Positions 1-9,850 of a DNA stretch of 64,000 bases are shown piece after piece. How positions within the stretch are numbered: the first letter of the stretch is position 1; every line of letters starts with the position of its first letter. A model generated the notes under the pieces. It did not search any database, was not told where the DNA came from, and was given only the letters and a program-made list of their open reading frames with translations. Location: assembly GCA_965226375.1 (NCBI GenBank), contig CBDDCX010000006.1:608001-672000 (forward strand). Direction: 5' to 3'. Source of the DNA: Longimicrobiales bacterium (GTDB lineage Bacteria > Gemmatimonadota > Gemmatimonadetes > Longimicrobiales > Gaopeijiaceae). The position numbers and the translations under genes were made by a program.

Positions 1-1356
1 CAGGCTACCGATGAGAGCTACGACCAAGCTCTCAGTGAGCAACTGACGAACGATCCGGCCCCTACCGCCACCCAGAGCCGCGCGAACCGCGAACTCCTGC
101 TCGCGAGCCGAAGCCCTCACTAAGAGCAGGCTCGCCACATTCGCACAGGCGATGACCAACACGAGTCCGACCGCACCGAAGAGGATCCACAGAAAGGGAC
201 GGACCGAGCCGACGACTTCGTCGTGGAGGGACGCAACCTGGACCTCGGTCTGCAGTCGGGCATGAGATGGGTACGTATCACGGAAATGCTGAGCGAACCG
301 GTCCATCTCTTCTTGGGCCTGCTCGATTCCAGCGCCGGGTGCCAGTCTTCCGAGCACCGTCAGATTGCTTCCGCCCCGGTCGAAGTCCGTCAACGCCACA
401 GGCATGAGCGTCCACGCGTCGATGTCGGTCGGCATCGGGGCGTCGGGGCCCAGAAGGAGTCTGAACGACGGCGGCATGACGCCGATGACGTTCATTCTTT
501 GACCATTGATCTCCAGGGTCCGGCCGACGACCGAAGGGTCCTCACCGAAACGACGCTGCCAGAGGCCATGGCTCAGCACCGTCGCCACCGGCGGAGGTAC
601 GTATCCCGGGCGTGTGATGACGTCCCGGTCGGTGATGATCTGGTCCTCGACGGTAAGAACCCGACCGACTGATGCCTCCGCGCCAAGGAGCTCGAAGAAT
701 CCCGGTGTCACCCAAGACAGAACGATCTTCTCGGCGGGTCCGTCGCCGGTGAGATTCGTTCCCAGTGCGTTGGCGCTGGCGAAGATCGAAAAACTCTCGG
801 CCCCGTCCATGTAGTCCTGCAGGTCCGGGCCCGACACCCCTCTGCGGCCCGACTCTCCCGTATGCCAGACCATCACCAGCTCGCTCGGACTATCGTATGG
901 CAGAGGTCGGAACAGCACCCCGTTCAGGACACTGAAGATGGCAGTGTTCGCCCCGATCCCGAGCGCCAAGGTGAGCACGAGCACACCGGTGAGCCCCGGA
1001 GCCCGCCGCAGCGTTCTGAGCGAAAAACGTATGTCCGACTGCAGATCCTTGAACATCGATCCCTCCCCTCCCGTCATCCTCAGCCGCACACCGTCGGCAC
1101 GTTCATCGTCATTCGACTCTCGTCCAAGGGCCCGTACGAGACGCTCTGCGACTCCGGCAACCACAACGTCGGTCATAGCCCGAAGCACGAACCGCACGCC
1201 CGCGAGATATCCTCTCTGCACACGGATAGAGCGGTACATCTCCTCGAAGGTGTCAGCCATGGAAAGACCGAAACCCTCGCGCACGTCTCCGGGAAAAGCC
1301 CGGAGCAGACCTTCATAAAGCCGCCCCGCAAGAGTCCGACTTCGCTGGGGACTCAC
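1..1356 (-). CDS. ADOP/MacB-FtsX family ABC transporter permease (3' part runs off the window)
   Basis: Not in the ORF track (no stop in window). Manual translation from GTG at 1356 gives [22 protein letters not shown]...[47 protein letters not shown], and near position 1, in the same frame, [44 protein letters not shown]; both are family hallmarks. Confidence 0.92.
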   Translation of the reverse strand, partial: MSPQRSRTLAGRLYEGLLRAFPGDVREGFGLSMADTFEEMYRSIRVQRGYLAGVRFVLRAMTDVVVAGVAERLVRALGRESNDDERADGVRLRMTGGEGSMFKDLQSDIRFSLRTLRRAPGLTGVLVLTLALGIGANTAIFSVLNGVLFRPLPYDSPSELVMVWHTGESGRRGVSGPDLQDYMDGAESFSIFASANALGTNLTGDGPAEKIVLSWVTPGFFELLGAEASVGRVLTVEDQIITDRDVITRPGYVPPPVATVLSHGLWQRRFGEDPSVVGRTLEINGQRMNVIGVMPPSFRLLLGPDAPMPTDIDAWTLMPVALTDFDRGGSNLTVLGRLAPGAGIEQAQEEMDRFAQHFRDTYPSHARLQTEVQVASLHDEVVGSVRPFLWILFGAVGLVLVIACANVASLLLVRASAREQEFAVRAALGGGRGRIVRQLLTESLVVALIGSL

Positions 1357-1411
1357 CCTACTGTCTCCATCCGTGCTGTCCCCACAAAAGGCGGGGTCCT
1401 TGGGTCGAGCC

Positions 1412-1436
1412 AACTATCATTATATGAATTATAATT
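1412..1436. promoter_or_regulatory. AT-rich imperfect palindrome, candidate operator (AACTATCATTATATGAATTATAATT)
   Basis: Lies between divergent genes; 19 of 25 positions match a second site at 60759-60783. Confidence 0.5.
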
Positions 1437-1552
1437 CCCGTGAAGAGATAGGTCCAGCCCACCGGGCACGTATTGTCAGATTGCGCGTACGCCCGCTACT
1501 TCAAAATGTACTCGCTCGGACTGACGGCCACGACACCGCAAGGATCGGATAT

Positions 1553-1810
1553 TTGGGCATCTTCGAGTTCGTTCTCGCTCTCGTCATCATCACCACTGCC
1601 GGCAAGATCGTGGAGCGCCGGTTCTCCAGCCCACGACGCGATGAGTCCCTCCAGCTCGGTACCGAGGAACTCCATCGGATTCGAGAGACGATGACCGACC
1701 TGAGCGGACGCCTCGAGCGCCTGGAAGAGGAGCGGGACTTCTACAAAGACCTGCTCGAACCCGGCAAGGGCCGTCCACAGCTTCCGCCGCCGGACTCAAA
1801 GGACTCCTAG
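1553..1810 (+). CDS. small membrane protein with coiled coil (PspB-like architecture)
   Basis: TTG start; hydrophobic N-terminus GIFEFVLALVIITT, then LSGRLERLEEERDFYKDLL. Confidence 0.6.
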   Translation: MGIFEFVLALVIITTAGKIVERRFSSPRRDESLQLGTEELHRIRETMTDLSGRLERLEEERDFYKDLLEPGKGRPQLPPPDSKDS

Positions 1811-1978
1811 CCAACCCCTCCACGATCCCGCAGGACACCACCCGCCGACCTTCCGGCGCAGGACCGCTTAACGACTGCGGACCCCCCGACATCAAGACAG
1901 ACAATGGCCGGACGAGGTTCTCACCAGAGGCCAGACGCCGACCCAACCATGACCAAATTAGAGTCGGAGGGTATAGAG

Positions 1979-2527
1979 ATGAGGGCACTTACTGGAGTAG
2001 CAACGGTTCTGATGCTGTCCCTAGCCGCGTCCCTACAGGGTCAGACGGGCCGGAACAACCAGCACGGCATGCGGGGACAGGGGCACATGATGGGTGGATC
2101 CCAACAGATGCAGATGGGCATGGGCTCGTGTGATCGAGTCCTGTGGCTCCGGGAGGAGCTAGGCCTCACGGAGGAACAGGTGGAGGGCCTGAAGAACACG
2201 AACGACGCGGCCCGGGAGATTCACGACGGTGCCCAGCTCCAGATGCGAGGTTTGCAGGATCAGCTTCGAGACGGAGACATCACCCGAGGACAGTTCATAG
2301 ACCTGATGGACACGCATCGAGACGCCATGATGCAGCAGCAGGCCGGCTTCCAGGAACAGATCGACGCGATTCTGAGCGACGACCAGAAAGATCAGCTTGA
2401 ATCACGTCGGGAAAGGGGCACTCGGGGGCGAGGCATGAGAGGTGGTCGAGGAGCCTCCGGCCGTAGCTCCGATCAGAGGCCCGGGGGTCACAAGGGGTCC
2501 GGGTCTCGCCTAAACAAGGGAGGCTGA
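1979..2527 (+). CDS. Spy/CpxP-family periplasmic protein
   Basis: Signal peptide, Met/Gly-rich segment, LGLTEEQ and ILSDDQK (LTxxQ-like) motifs; GGAGG RBS before ATG 1979. Confidence 0.75.
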   Translation: MRALTGVATVLMLSLAASLQGQTGRNNQHGMRGQGHMMGGSQQMQMGMGSCDRVLWLREELGLTEEQVEGLKNTNDAAREIHDGAQLQMRGLQDQLRDGDITRGQFIDLMDTHRDAMMQQQAGFQEQIDAILSDDQKDQLESRRERGTRGRGMRGGRGASGRSSDQRPGGHKGSGSRLNKGG

Positions 2528-2557
2528 ACCGGGAATCGGTCCACCACCAACCAGAAG

Positions 2558-2592
2558 ACGAGGGGGACCGCCGGTTCGGCGATCCCCCTCGT
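2558..2592. terminator. hairpin between convergent genes, probable terminator
   Basis: ACGAGGGGGA-CCGCCG-gtt-CGGCGA-TCCCCCTCGT followed by TT. Confidence 0.6.
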
Positions 2593-2618
2593 TTCGATTA
2601 CCCGACGCGGTCGGCTCC

Positions 2619-3200
2619 TTAAGAAGGATCGGTCGTCGCCGTGTCGAGCCGCTCGATGATCTCGTCGGTAATGTCCATGGATGGATCCACGAACACCAAT
2701 CCACTCTGAATCGAGTTGAAGATGAAGGTGTAACCCTGGTCCGACCCGATGGTCTCGATAATCTGTCCTACCATCTGCGTGATCTCTGCCGTCAGCTCGT
2801 TCTGCCGCGTACCCAACTCCTGTTGCACATCCTGCTGCAGGCGATCCATCTGAACCATTCGGTCCTCGAGCTGCCGCTGGAGCTGAGCAGCCTCCAGACT
2901 GTTAGGATCCGCAGCGAGGCCCTGCTGACGCAGGCCGTTGATCTCCTCCTGCTGGGTCGACAACTCACCGACGCGCTGGTCGCGCAACTGATTGAACAGG
3001 GCGAGGGCCTGCATACCTGCCTGCGACTCGGCCATGATACGGTCGGCATTGAAGACGGCCATCTTATTAACAGCCGGCTCCTGAGCGGCTAGCGACCCAC
3101 TGCCGGTCACCAAAGCCACGGTGGTGGCACCGACCACCAGAAGTCCTCTTCCAAAAGCCACACGGCACAACATGGACAACTCCTTATATACGGAAAACAT
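2619..3200 (-). CDS. skp: OmpH/Skp outer-membrane protein chaperone
   Basis: Signal peptide, KMAVFNADRIM, long coiled coil, C-terminal GYTFIF...DITDEII; start may be the downstream Met at 3173. Confidence 0.88.
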   Translation of the reverse strand: MFSVYKELSMLCRVAFGRGLLVVGATTVALVTGSGSLAAQEPAVNKMAVFNADRIMAESQAGMQALALFNQLRDQRVGELSTQQEEINGLRQQGLAADPNSLEAAQLQRQLEDRMVQMDRLQQDVQQELGTRQNELTAEITQMVGQIIETIGSDQGYTFIFNSIQSGLVFVDPSMDITDEIIERLDTATTDPS

Positions 3201-3404
3201 TCAACAAGCAGACCTCTAGAGCAGAAAACAATAGCGGCGCTGGCAGGTCGGATCTACCCGTAAACGCAACGCCAACGGCAACTCCAGGCGCCTCCAGGGT
3301 ATCCCCCGCCTCGCTCGACGGACTGTCATACACCAAATATTCGGCGAGTTGCCCTACAACGCCCTGGTAATACGAGGGGCCGATACAGGTCAGGAGATGA
3401 ACGC

Positions 3405-3800
3405 TTGACGAGTGTCCTCTTCGTCTGCACGGAGAACTCGAACCGAAGCCAGATGGCCGAGGCGTTCGCTCGGATCCACGGGAACGGTGTGCTCCAGCCC
3501 TACTCGGCGGGCTCCCGGCCGTCGGGTACGGTCAACCCTCGCGCCGTGCAGGCGATGAGTGAGGTGGGTTACGACCTCTCCACCCATCGGTCCAAGTCAG
3601 TCTCAGAGGTTCCACCGGGCCCCTACGATTTCGTGATCACGATGGGGTGCGGCGACGACTGCCCCTTCGTGCCCGCGACCGAGCGTGACGACTGGGACCT
3701 CGCAGACCCCAGGGACATGCCGCCGAACGAGTTCAACGGGGTGCGGGACGAGATCGAAGTGCGTGTAAAGAAGCTACTGGAGAGCTTCGGAGCGGCCTGA
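3405..3800 (+). CDS. arsC: LMW-PTPase-fold arsenate reductase (ArsC-like)
   Basis: VLFVCTENSNRSQMAEA P-loop, SAGSRP, ITMGCGDDCP, DWDLADP. Confidence 0.85.
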   Translation: MTSVLFVCTENSNRSQMAEAFARIHGNGVLQPYSAGSRPSGTVNPRAVQAMSEVGYDLSTHRSKSVSEVPPGPYDFVITMGCGDDCPFVPATERDDWDLADPRDMPPNEFNGVRDEIEVRVKKLLESFGAA

Positions 3801-3818
3801 GGCCGTCCAAGCACAAGT

Positions 3819-4937
3819 TTAAGAGGCGGCCCAGCCCGGTGCCAACTCCCGCACCGTCCCCTTCGGGCCGTCGGCGGCGCCCACCTCGACCACCCCACCT
3901 GAGGGCACCTCTCGCCTTATGTACCCGAGAGCGATCACTCCGCCGTATCGGGGTGAGTCGACGGCACTGGTCACATGCCCCACCACGCGGCCTTCGTGAA
4001 ACAGCTCGGCATCCGCTCCGGGCGCAGGTACATCACCCAGCTGAAGTCCTCGAAGCATCTTGTTCACGTGACCACGATCGCGAATCCGGACGACGATTTC
4101 CTGGCCCGTGTAGCAACCCTTGGCGTGGTCCACTGCCCGGTCGACGATTCCCGCTTCCGAAAGAAGCGTGGATTCGTCGAGGTCCTGGCCGAAGGCCGGT
4201 CGACCGGCCTCCACTCGGAGCGTATCCCATACCCCAGCTCCGACAGGGGTGACCGCTCGCTCCAGAAGTCGTCCCCACAGCTCTCGAGACCGCTCCCCCG
4301 ACGTGAAGACGTCCCATGCCGGAGTGTCCACGGCCCCGGTCCTGACGACGCGCTCCCCTGCCTCCTGGCTCACCAGATACTCACCTTCCTCCAGGCCCTC
4401 CAGGCCGTTCTCTTCGCCATTCGAGGCGAACAGCGTCTCCCTGAGCACTGATGCCGCGTCGGTCCCCATCACCGTGAGAAGCCCGCAGCCATCGGTCAGG
4501 TCCTCGACGGCAGCGAGCCGGGGCGGCACGTACCGCCGCAGGTGGGCCAGCAGCGGATCTCGAGCCGGAGCAGGTACGTCCAGCCACAGGCTCTCTTCCT
4601 CAGCACTCGGTCCCCACATGACACGTAGATCGGCAACGACTCGCCCCTTGGGAGTGAGCACGGCCGAGTACTCCGCGCGCCCCTTTGTGCCGTCCTCCGC
4701 AGAGCACACCGGCGGGTCGGGCATCCGGCCCGTGAGTACCCCGTTCAGCGTGGTTACAGGCGCTTTTCCCGTCACGACCAGGCGAGTCCTGTGGCTACGA
4801 TCGCGTACGGCCACACCGCTCACGGCCGCGCGGTACTCCGCGGCGGGATCGCCATAATTACGGGGCACGTCAACACCTCGCACCCGGGCGAAGAGAGCGC
4901 CCGCCCCCTCGTGATCCTTTCGGGAAGGGCCAGTCAT
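3819..4937 (-). CDS. YgfZ/GcvT-like folate-binding protein
   Basis: KGCYTGQE signature, LTPKGRV, LRVEAGRP. Confidence 0.88.
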   Translation of the reverse strand: MTGPSRKDHEGAGALFARVRGVDVPRNYGDPAAEYRAAVSGVAVRDRSHRTRLVVTGKAPVTTLNGVLTGRMPDPPVCSAEDGTKGRAEYSAVLTPKGRVVADLRVMWGPSAEEESLWLDVPAPARDPLLAHLRRYVPPRLAAVEDLTDGCGLLTVMGTDAASVLRETLFASNGEENGLEGLEEGEYLVSQEAGERVVRTGAVDTPAWDVFTSGERSRELWGRLLERAVTPVGAGVWDTLRVEAGRPAFGQDLDESTLLSEAGIVDRAVDHAKGCYTGQEIVVRIRDRGHVNKMLRGLQLGDVPAPGADAELFHEGRVVGHVTSAVDSPRYGGVIALGYIRREVPSGGVVEVGAADGPKGTVRELAPGWAAS

Positions 4938-4944
4938 CGATCGC

Positions 4945-5802
4945 TCACTCCTCGAGGTCCGCCGGGTCGGCCTCGCCCTCTCTCTCCAACCGCCTCACCA
5001 GGGACCGGACGCGCGTGGCGTCAGCGGCCTGAGGAGAGAACTCCAGATACTCCTCGAGCTGTGCCATCGCCTCGTTCGCCCGGCCCAGCTTGACCAGGAG
5101 CATTCCCCGGTCACGCCGCTCACCGGGAGAGTCCGGCCGCAAGAGCAAGAGCCGCTCTATCACGGCCAGGGCCCGCTCGTCGTCGTGGACGTTCACATAC
5201 AGTCCCTTGAGGTTGACCAGAAGGCGGTGGATCATATCCCGCTTCGTAGCGGACCTGAGGAACTTGTCCTGCATGCGGACCATACCTCCGTACACTTGAT
5301 CCAACAGCTCCTGCGCCTCGTCCTCGAAGCGGATCCGTCCCTCGTCGAACGGATCGACCAAGAGGTGCTCCGCCGTGCCGCGGTATCGCACCAGGAAGCG
5401 ACCCGGAAAGTTCACCCCCTCCAGCGGTAGTTGCAGCCGCCATCCCACCTCCAACAGCACGATCCCGAGAGTCATCGGAATGCCGAGTCGGCGATCCAGG
5501 ACATCGTTGAGAAACGAGTTCCGTGGATCGTGATAGGCGTCCTTATTACCCCGAAAGCCCTCTCGCTCGTATAGCGTGTGGATCAGCTCACGCAGGACTA
5601 CCGGACCCGCCGTTTCGTCGGAGAGTCTATCCTTCGTGGCCTCGGCAAGGGCATCGAGCCGCATCATGTACCGCTCGACGGGGAGCTGTGGGTACTCCTC
5701 CTGGGCGATGAGGAGGACGGCCCGGCCGAGCTCGAGATCGCGCTCCGACTTCTGAACGGCCTCACCGAGAAGGCCTCTGGCAGATCGGGTTGGGACACTC
5801 AT
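4945..5802 (-). CDS. SirB1-family transglutaminase-like protein with C-terminal TPR
   Basis: GFRGNKDAYHDPRNSFLNDVLDRRLGIP, GVNFPGRF, ERRDRGMLL. The real start is MSVPTRS at 5802; the longer track ORF is antisense to selD. Confidence 0.88.
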   Translation of the reverse strand: MSVPTRSARGLLGEAVQKSERDLELGRAVLLIAQEEYPQLPVERYMMRLDALAEATKDRLSDETAGPVVLRELIHTLYEREGFRGNKDAYHDPRNSFLNDVLDRRLGIPMTLGIVLLEVGWRLQLPLEGVNFPGRFLVRYRGTAEHLLVDPFDEGRIRFEDEAQELLDQVYGGMVRMQDKFLRSATKRDMIHRLLVNLKGLYVNVHDDERALAVIERLLLLRPDSPGERRDRGMLLVKLGRANEAMAQLEEYLEFSPQAADATRVRSLVRRLEREGEADPADLEE

Positions 5803-5919
5803 ACAGGAATCTACCGAGTTTCCCGCCCAGGCGCCCCCGTCTACATTGGCCGCATCTTCGAGCCGCGGATCGCTATGAAACCTCCAATCCGCCGCGGCGG
5901 ATGCCACCAGAAGAGGCAG

Positions 5920-6978
5920 ATGTCCGACGACCCCAGGGACGAGAGGCCCAGGATCCGGCTTACTAAGCTCGCTCACGGAGCGGGCTGAGCCAGTAAGCTC
6001 GGCATGTCCGAGTTGGCGCAGGTCCTGCGTCACCTGGTCCCTATCGAGAGCGCCGAAGCGCTGGTGGACTCCTCCACCGGCGACGACGCCGCCGTGTATT
6101 CGCTCGGCGACGGTCGTGCCCTCGTGGTCACGTTGGACTTCTTCGCACCCTTGGTCGACGATCCGTACGACTTCGGCAGGATCGCCGCAGCCAATGCGCT
6201 CTCTGACATCTACGCCATGGGCGCGCGCCCCCTGTTCGCGCTGAACCTCCTCGCGTTCCCGCGAGACCTGCTCGGAGAGGGCATCGTGGACGAGATTATC
6301 CGCGGAGGATCGGATATCGCCCGAGAGGCCGGGATTCCCATCATGGGAGGCCACTCGGTCGACGACCCGGAACCCAAGTACGGCATGGTGGCAGTCGGCG
6401 AAGTCCGGGAAGAAGCCGTGGTGACCAACGCCAGGGCACGGGCAGGCGACGTTCTGGTACTCACCAAGGCCCTCGGCACCGGGATCGTCGCGACCGCCAT
6501 CAAGGCCGAAGCCGCCACACCGGAAGAGGTGGGCACAGCCGTCAAGAGCATGACCACGCTGAACCGGTACGCGGCCGAGGCGATGGCCAGGGCGGGGGTC
6601 ATGGCTGCGACCGACGTCTCCGGCTATGGGCTCCTGGGGCACCTGGCCAACATGTTGTTGCAGTCCGGCGTCGCCGCCGATGTCGAGGGGAACGCCGTGC
6701 CCGTGCTTCCGGGCATCGGCAGGCTCATCGCGGAAGGTCACGTCCCCGGCGGAACACGACGGAACCTCGAGGACCTGGGAGACCGCATCGATTTCGGCGG
6801 CTGTGACCAGTCCCGACGCCTCACCCTTGCAGACGCCCAAACGTCGGGCGGCTTGTTGATCTCGGTACCGCAGGACCGTGTTCAGGATATTCTGGACGAC
6901 CTACGCCAAGAAGCCCCCGCCGCCACGGTCATCGGCCGTGTCACAGCGGGGGCCCCCGGGACCATCAAGATCCTCTGA
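5920..6978 (+). CDS. selD: selenophosphate synthetase, selenocysteine-containing (in-frame TGA 5986-5988)
   Basis: MSDDPRDERPRIRLTKLAHGAG-TGA-ASKLGMSELAQVL is in frame with the 6004..6978 ORF; the TGA occupies the catalytic Cys/Sec position of G-[C/U]-x-x-K; DDAAVY, ANALSDIYAMG, GGHSV, TDVSGYGLLGH, DAQTSGGLL motifs. Confidence 0.95.
6014..6032 (+). promoter_or_regulatory. candidate bacterial SECIS hairpin
   Basis: TGGCGCAG-gtc-CTGCGTCA, 8-bp stem with a G-initiated loop 33 nt after the UGA; a second hairpin AGCTCGG-catgt-CCGAGTT lies just upstream. Confidence 0.65.
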
Positions 6979-9570
6979 CTAGTTGGCGGCCCCCGCCCCG
7001 GGCTGCCGCTTGGTCTTGGCAACCTTCTTGGCAGTCTTCCTGATCGGAGAAGGATCAGCATCGGTGAGGGCGACGGCGATCACCTGGTCGAGATCCTCCA
7101 CCAAATGGATGGTCAGCTTGTCCCTCACCTCGGGCCGGAGATCCTCCAGATCCGCGTCGTTGTCGAACGGCATAATGATTTCGGTGATCCCGGCTCGGAT
7201 GGCGCCCAACAGTTTTTCCTTGACCCCACCGATGGGAAGCACACGCCCGGTCAACGTGAGTTCGCCGGTCATAGCCACGTCTCTGCGGATCTTCTTTCCC
7301 GAGAGCGCCGACACCAAGGCGCACGCCATCGTGATCCCGGCGGACGGCCCGTCCTTGGGAACCGCTCCTGCCGGAACGTGGATGTGCACTTCGCGACCCT
7401 TAAGCATGTCTTCGGGGATGCCAAGATGCTCGAAATTACTCCTGGCAAAACTCCAGGCAGCCCGGCCCGACTCCTTCATCACGTCTCCCAACTGGCCGGT
7501 GAGCACCAACCCTCCTTCGCCGGCCATCACGCTGGCCTCGACGAACATGATGTCGCCACCCATGGGCGTATAGAACATGCCGGTGGCCACACCGACCGTG
7601 TCCTCGGCAGCCATTTGCTCGGGATGTACTCGCGGCCGACCGATGAGCTCACGGATCACGTCCCGGGTCACGTCCAGGCTGTTCACCTCACCGGCGGCGA
7701 TCTTCCGGGCGACCTTGCGTCCCAACTTGCCCAACACCCTCTCGAGCTGCCGCACACCCGCCTCTCGCGTGTACTCCTGGATGACCGCCAGAATCGCCTG
7801 ATCGTCCAGGAGAAACTCGCCTTCTCTGAGGCCGTTCTCCTTCTCCTGACGTGGAAGCAGATAACGCTTGGCAATTTCGAGCTTCTCGGCCTCGGTGTAC
7901 CCGGAGAAGTCCACCTTCTCCATACGATCATAGAGCGGAGCCGGAATCCGGTCGGAGTAGTTCGCCGTAGCGATAAAAAGCACTTCGGACAGGTCGAACG
8001 GAATTCCGAGGTAGTGATCGGTAAAGCTCGAATTCTGGGCCGGATCCAAAACCTCGAGAAGAGCGGAACTCGGATCCCCCTGGAAAGAAACACCAAGCTT
8101 GTCGACCTCGTCGAGCAGGAAGACAGGGTTCTTCGACTTGGCCTGTCGCATGCCTTGAATAATGCGCCCGGGCATGGCCCCCACGTAGGTCCGTCGGTGG
8201 CCTCGAATGTCCGCCTCGTCCCTGGCGCCACCCAGCGATATGCGCACGTACTCACGTCCCAGCGAGCGAGCGATCGACTGGGCAATACTCGTCTTGCCGA
8301 CACCGGGAGGGCCCACGAACAGGAGAATGGGTCCACGGCCGCCCTCCGGTCCACTGGCGGCGACGGGGTCCGCTTCTTCCTCCACGACCTCCGCTGCACC
8401 GTTCGACCCTTCGGCACCCTCGACTTCGGCATCCACCTCAGCTTCGGCCTCCTCGGCCTCTTCCGCCTCCTCGGCCTCTTCCGCCTCCTCGGCCTCTTCT
8501 GCCTCCTTGGCCTCTTCTGCCTCCTTGGCCTCTTCGAAACGCTCGAGCACTAGCTTGCGAACAGCCAGGAACTCCAGGACACGATCCTTGACGTCTTCAA
8601 GGCCGTAGTGGTCTTCTTCAAGAATCTCCTGAGACAGAGTCAGATCGATCTTGTCTTCCGATCGGATATTCCACGGCAGCTCGGTCACCCATTCCAGGAA
8701 CGTCCGGATGACCTGATACTCGGCCGATTGGGGGCTCGTGCGCTCTAGCCTCCTGAGCTCACGCTCTACCTCCGCCAGCTGCTCCTCGTTCAGATCGAGA
8801 GCTTCGACCCGCTCTCGGAGCTCCTCTATTTCGTCCCGTTCGTCCTCGTCACCGAGCTCCCTCTGGATTTGCTTGAGTTGCTCCCTCAACAGCATCTCGC
8901 GCTGCCGCTCGCCCAGCTCTTCCTGGACTCTCTCCTGGATCTCTTCCTGGGCGTCCAGGCGAGCCAGCTCTCGTTCTACAGCGACCAGAGCGGAACGCAT
9001 GCGCTCTTCGTCGTCCAGCGTCTCGAGGAGGGCCTGCTTGTCTGCGGTGGGCAGCTCGAGGTAGAAGGCCACCAGATCCGCGAAGGCACCCGGTTCGTCG
9101 ACCCCTTGGATCAATTGGTTGAGCGCCTCCGCCGGTACTCCTCGCCGGGTCCCGAGCTCGGCGGCACGCTCCCGCAATTCTTGGTTGAGTGCCAGAAACG
9201 CCGGATCCTCAGGGTCGGTGGCCTCCTGTCGATCCATCTCCAGGAGAACCGCCCGTAGCATCTCCTCGCCATCGGGCTGATAGGAGATGGCCTGCGCCCG
9301 CCCCTCACCCTGAACAAGGAGCTGCACGCCTCCACGCACTCTGTGGGTCTGGATGATCCGCACCACCGTGCCGATGGTGTAGAGCACCTCGGGCACGGGG
9401 TCGTCCACATTCTCGCGTTGAGCCACCGCGAACAATCGTCGGTCACCGTCGAGAGCCTCTCGCACCGCCTCGACAGTGCCCGCGCGTCCGGCGGAGATCG
9501 GGACCGCTACTCCGGGATAGACCACCGTGTCGCGTAGCGGCAGGACCGGAAGTGTATATCGCTCACCCAT
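6979..9570 (-). CDS. lon: ATP-dependent protease La (Lon)
   Basis: LPVLPLRD N-domain, GPPGVGKTS Walker A, LLDEVDK Walker B, PKDGPSAG catalytic Ser, GGVKEK. Confidence 0.97.
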   Translation of the reverse strand: MGERYTLPVLPLRDTVVYPGVAVPISAGRAGTVEAVREALDGDRRLFAVAQRENVDDPVPEVLYTIGTVVRIIQTHRVRGGVQLLVQGEGRAQAISYQPDGEEMLRAVLLEMDRQEATDPEDPAFLALNQELRERAAELGTRRGVPAEALNQLIQGVDEPGAFADLVAFYLELPTADKQALLETLDDEERMRSALVAVERELARLDAQEEIQERVQEELGERQREMLLREQLKQIQRELGDEDERDEIEELRERVEALDLNEEQLAEVERELRRLERTSPQSAEYQVIRTFLEWVTELPWNIRSEDKIDLTLSQEILEEDHYGLEDVKDRVLEFLAVRKLVLERFEEAKEAEEAKEAEEAEEAEEAEEAEEAEEAEAEVDAEVEGAEGSNGAAEVVEEEADPVAASGPEGGRGPILLFVGPPGVGKTSIAQSIARSLGREYVRISLGGARDEADIRGHRRTYVGAMPGRIIQGMRQAKSKNPVFLLDEVDKLGVSFQGDPSSALLEVLDPAQNSSFTDHYLGIPFDLSEVLFIATANYSDRIPAPLYDRMEKVDFSGYTEAEKLEIAKRYLLPRQEKENGLREGEFLLDDQAILAVIQEYTREAGVRQLERVLGKLGRKVARKIAAGEVNSLDVTRDVIRELIGRPRVHPEQMAAEDTVGVATGMFYTPMGGDIMFVEASVMAGEGGLVLTGQLGDVMKESGRAAWSFARSNFEHLGIPEDMLKGREVHIHVPAGAVPKDGPSAGITMACALVSALSGKKIRRDVAMTGELTLTGRVLPIGGVKEKLLGAIRAGITEIIMPFDNDADLEDLRPEVRDKLTIHLVEDLDQVIAVALTDADPSPIRKTAKKVAKTKRQPGAGAAN
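8447..8536. repeat. 5 x 18-bp tandem repeat inside lon (EEAKEA/EEAEEA)
   Basis: Units GCCTCC(T)(C/T)GGCCTCTTC(C/T/G) start at 8447, 8465, 8483, 8501 and 8519. Confidence 0.9.
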
Positions 9571-9709
9571 GGTTCCTCACTTGAAACGCCCTCGGACTCG
9601 ATGGCCGACCCGAGGTCGTGAGATGGCACATTAGTGAATTCGGCCCCGAGCCTCGCCCAGGGACCTCGGGAGGACTCCAAACCGAACTGACTCCAGAATT
9701 GACCGCCCT

Positions 9710-9725
9710 TGCATGAATCCTGCCA
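9710..9725 (-). promoter_or_regulatory. possible sigma54 promoter for lon
   Basis: Minus strand TGGCAGGATTCATGCA (GG-N10-GC). Confidence 0.35.
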
Positions 9726-9850
9726 GACCCTGAGTGCAAAAACATGCCGGAGTTGCAGTCTCCCTGTCATATTGTCGGCCTTTTTTGGCACAACAACAGC
9801 GCTTAGCTTCTCCGGCCCGTCTACTCATCCTCTTCTTCCGGGTCCCGGCA

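Noticed and set aside
223..1434. Plus-strand ORFs 223..672, 506..814, 862..1434 and 938..1318
   Set aside because: Antisense shadows of the minus-strand ABC permease.
5803..6840. N-terminal 346 aa of the 631-aa track ORF 4945..6840
   Set aside because: Antisense to selD; only the part from 5802 resembles SirB1.
8447..8536. Repeat array considered as CRISPR
   Set aside because: Contiguous coding repeats with no spacers and no cas genes.
9723..9740. CIRCE-like half site TTTGCACTC upstream of lon (minus strand)
   Set aside because: The second arm (GAGTGCTAA) is absent at the 9-bp spacing.
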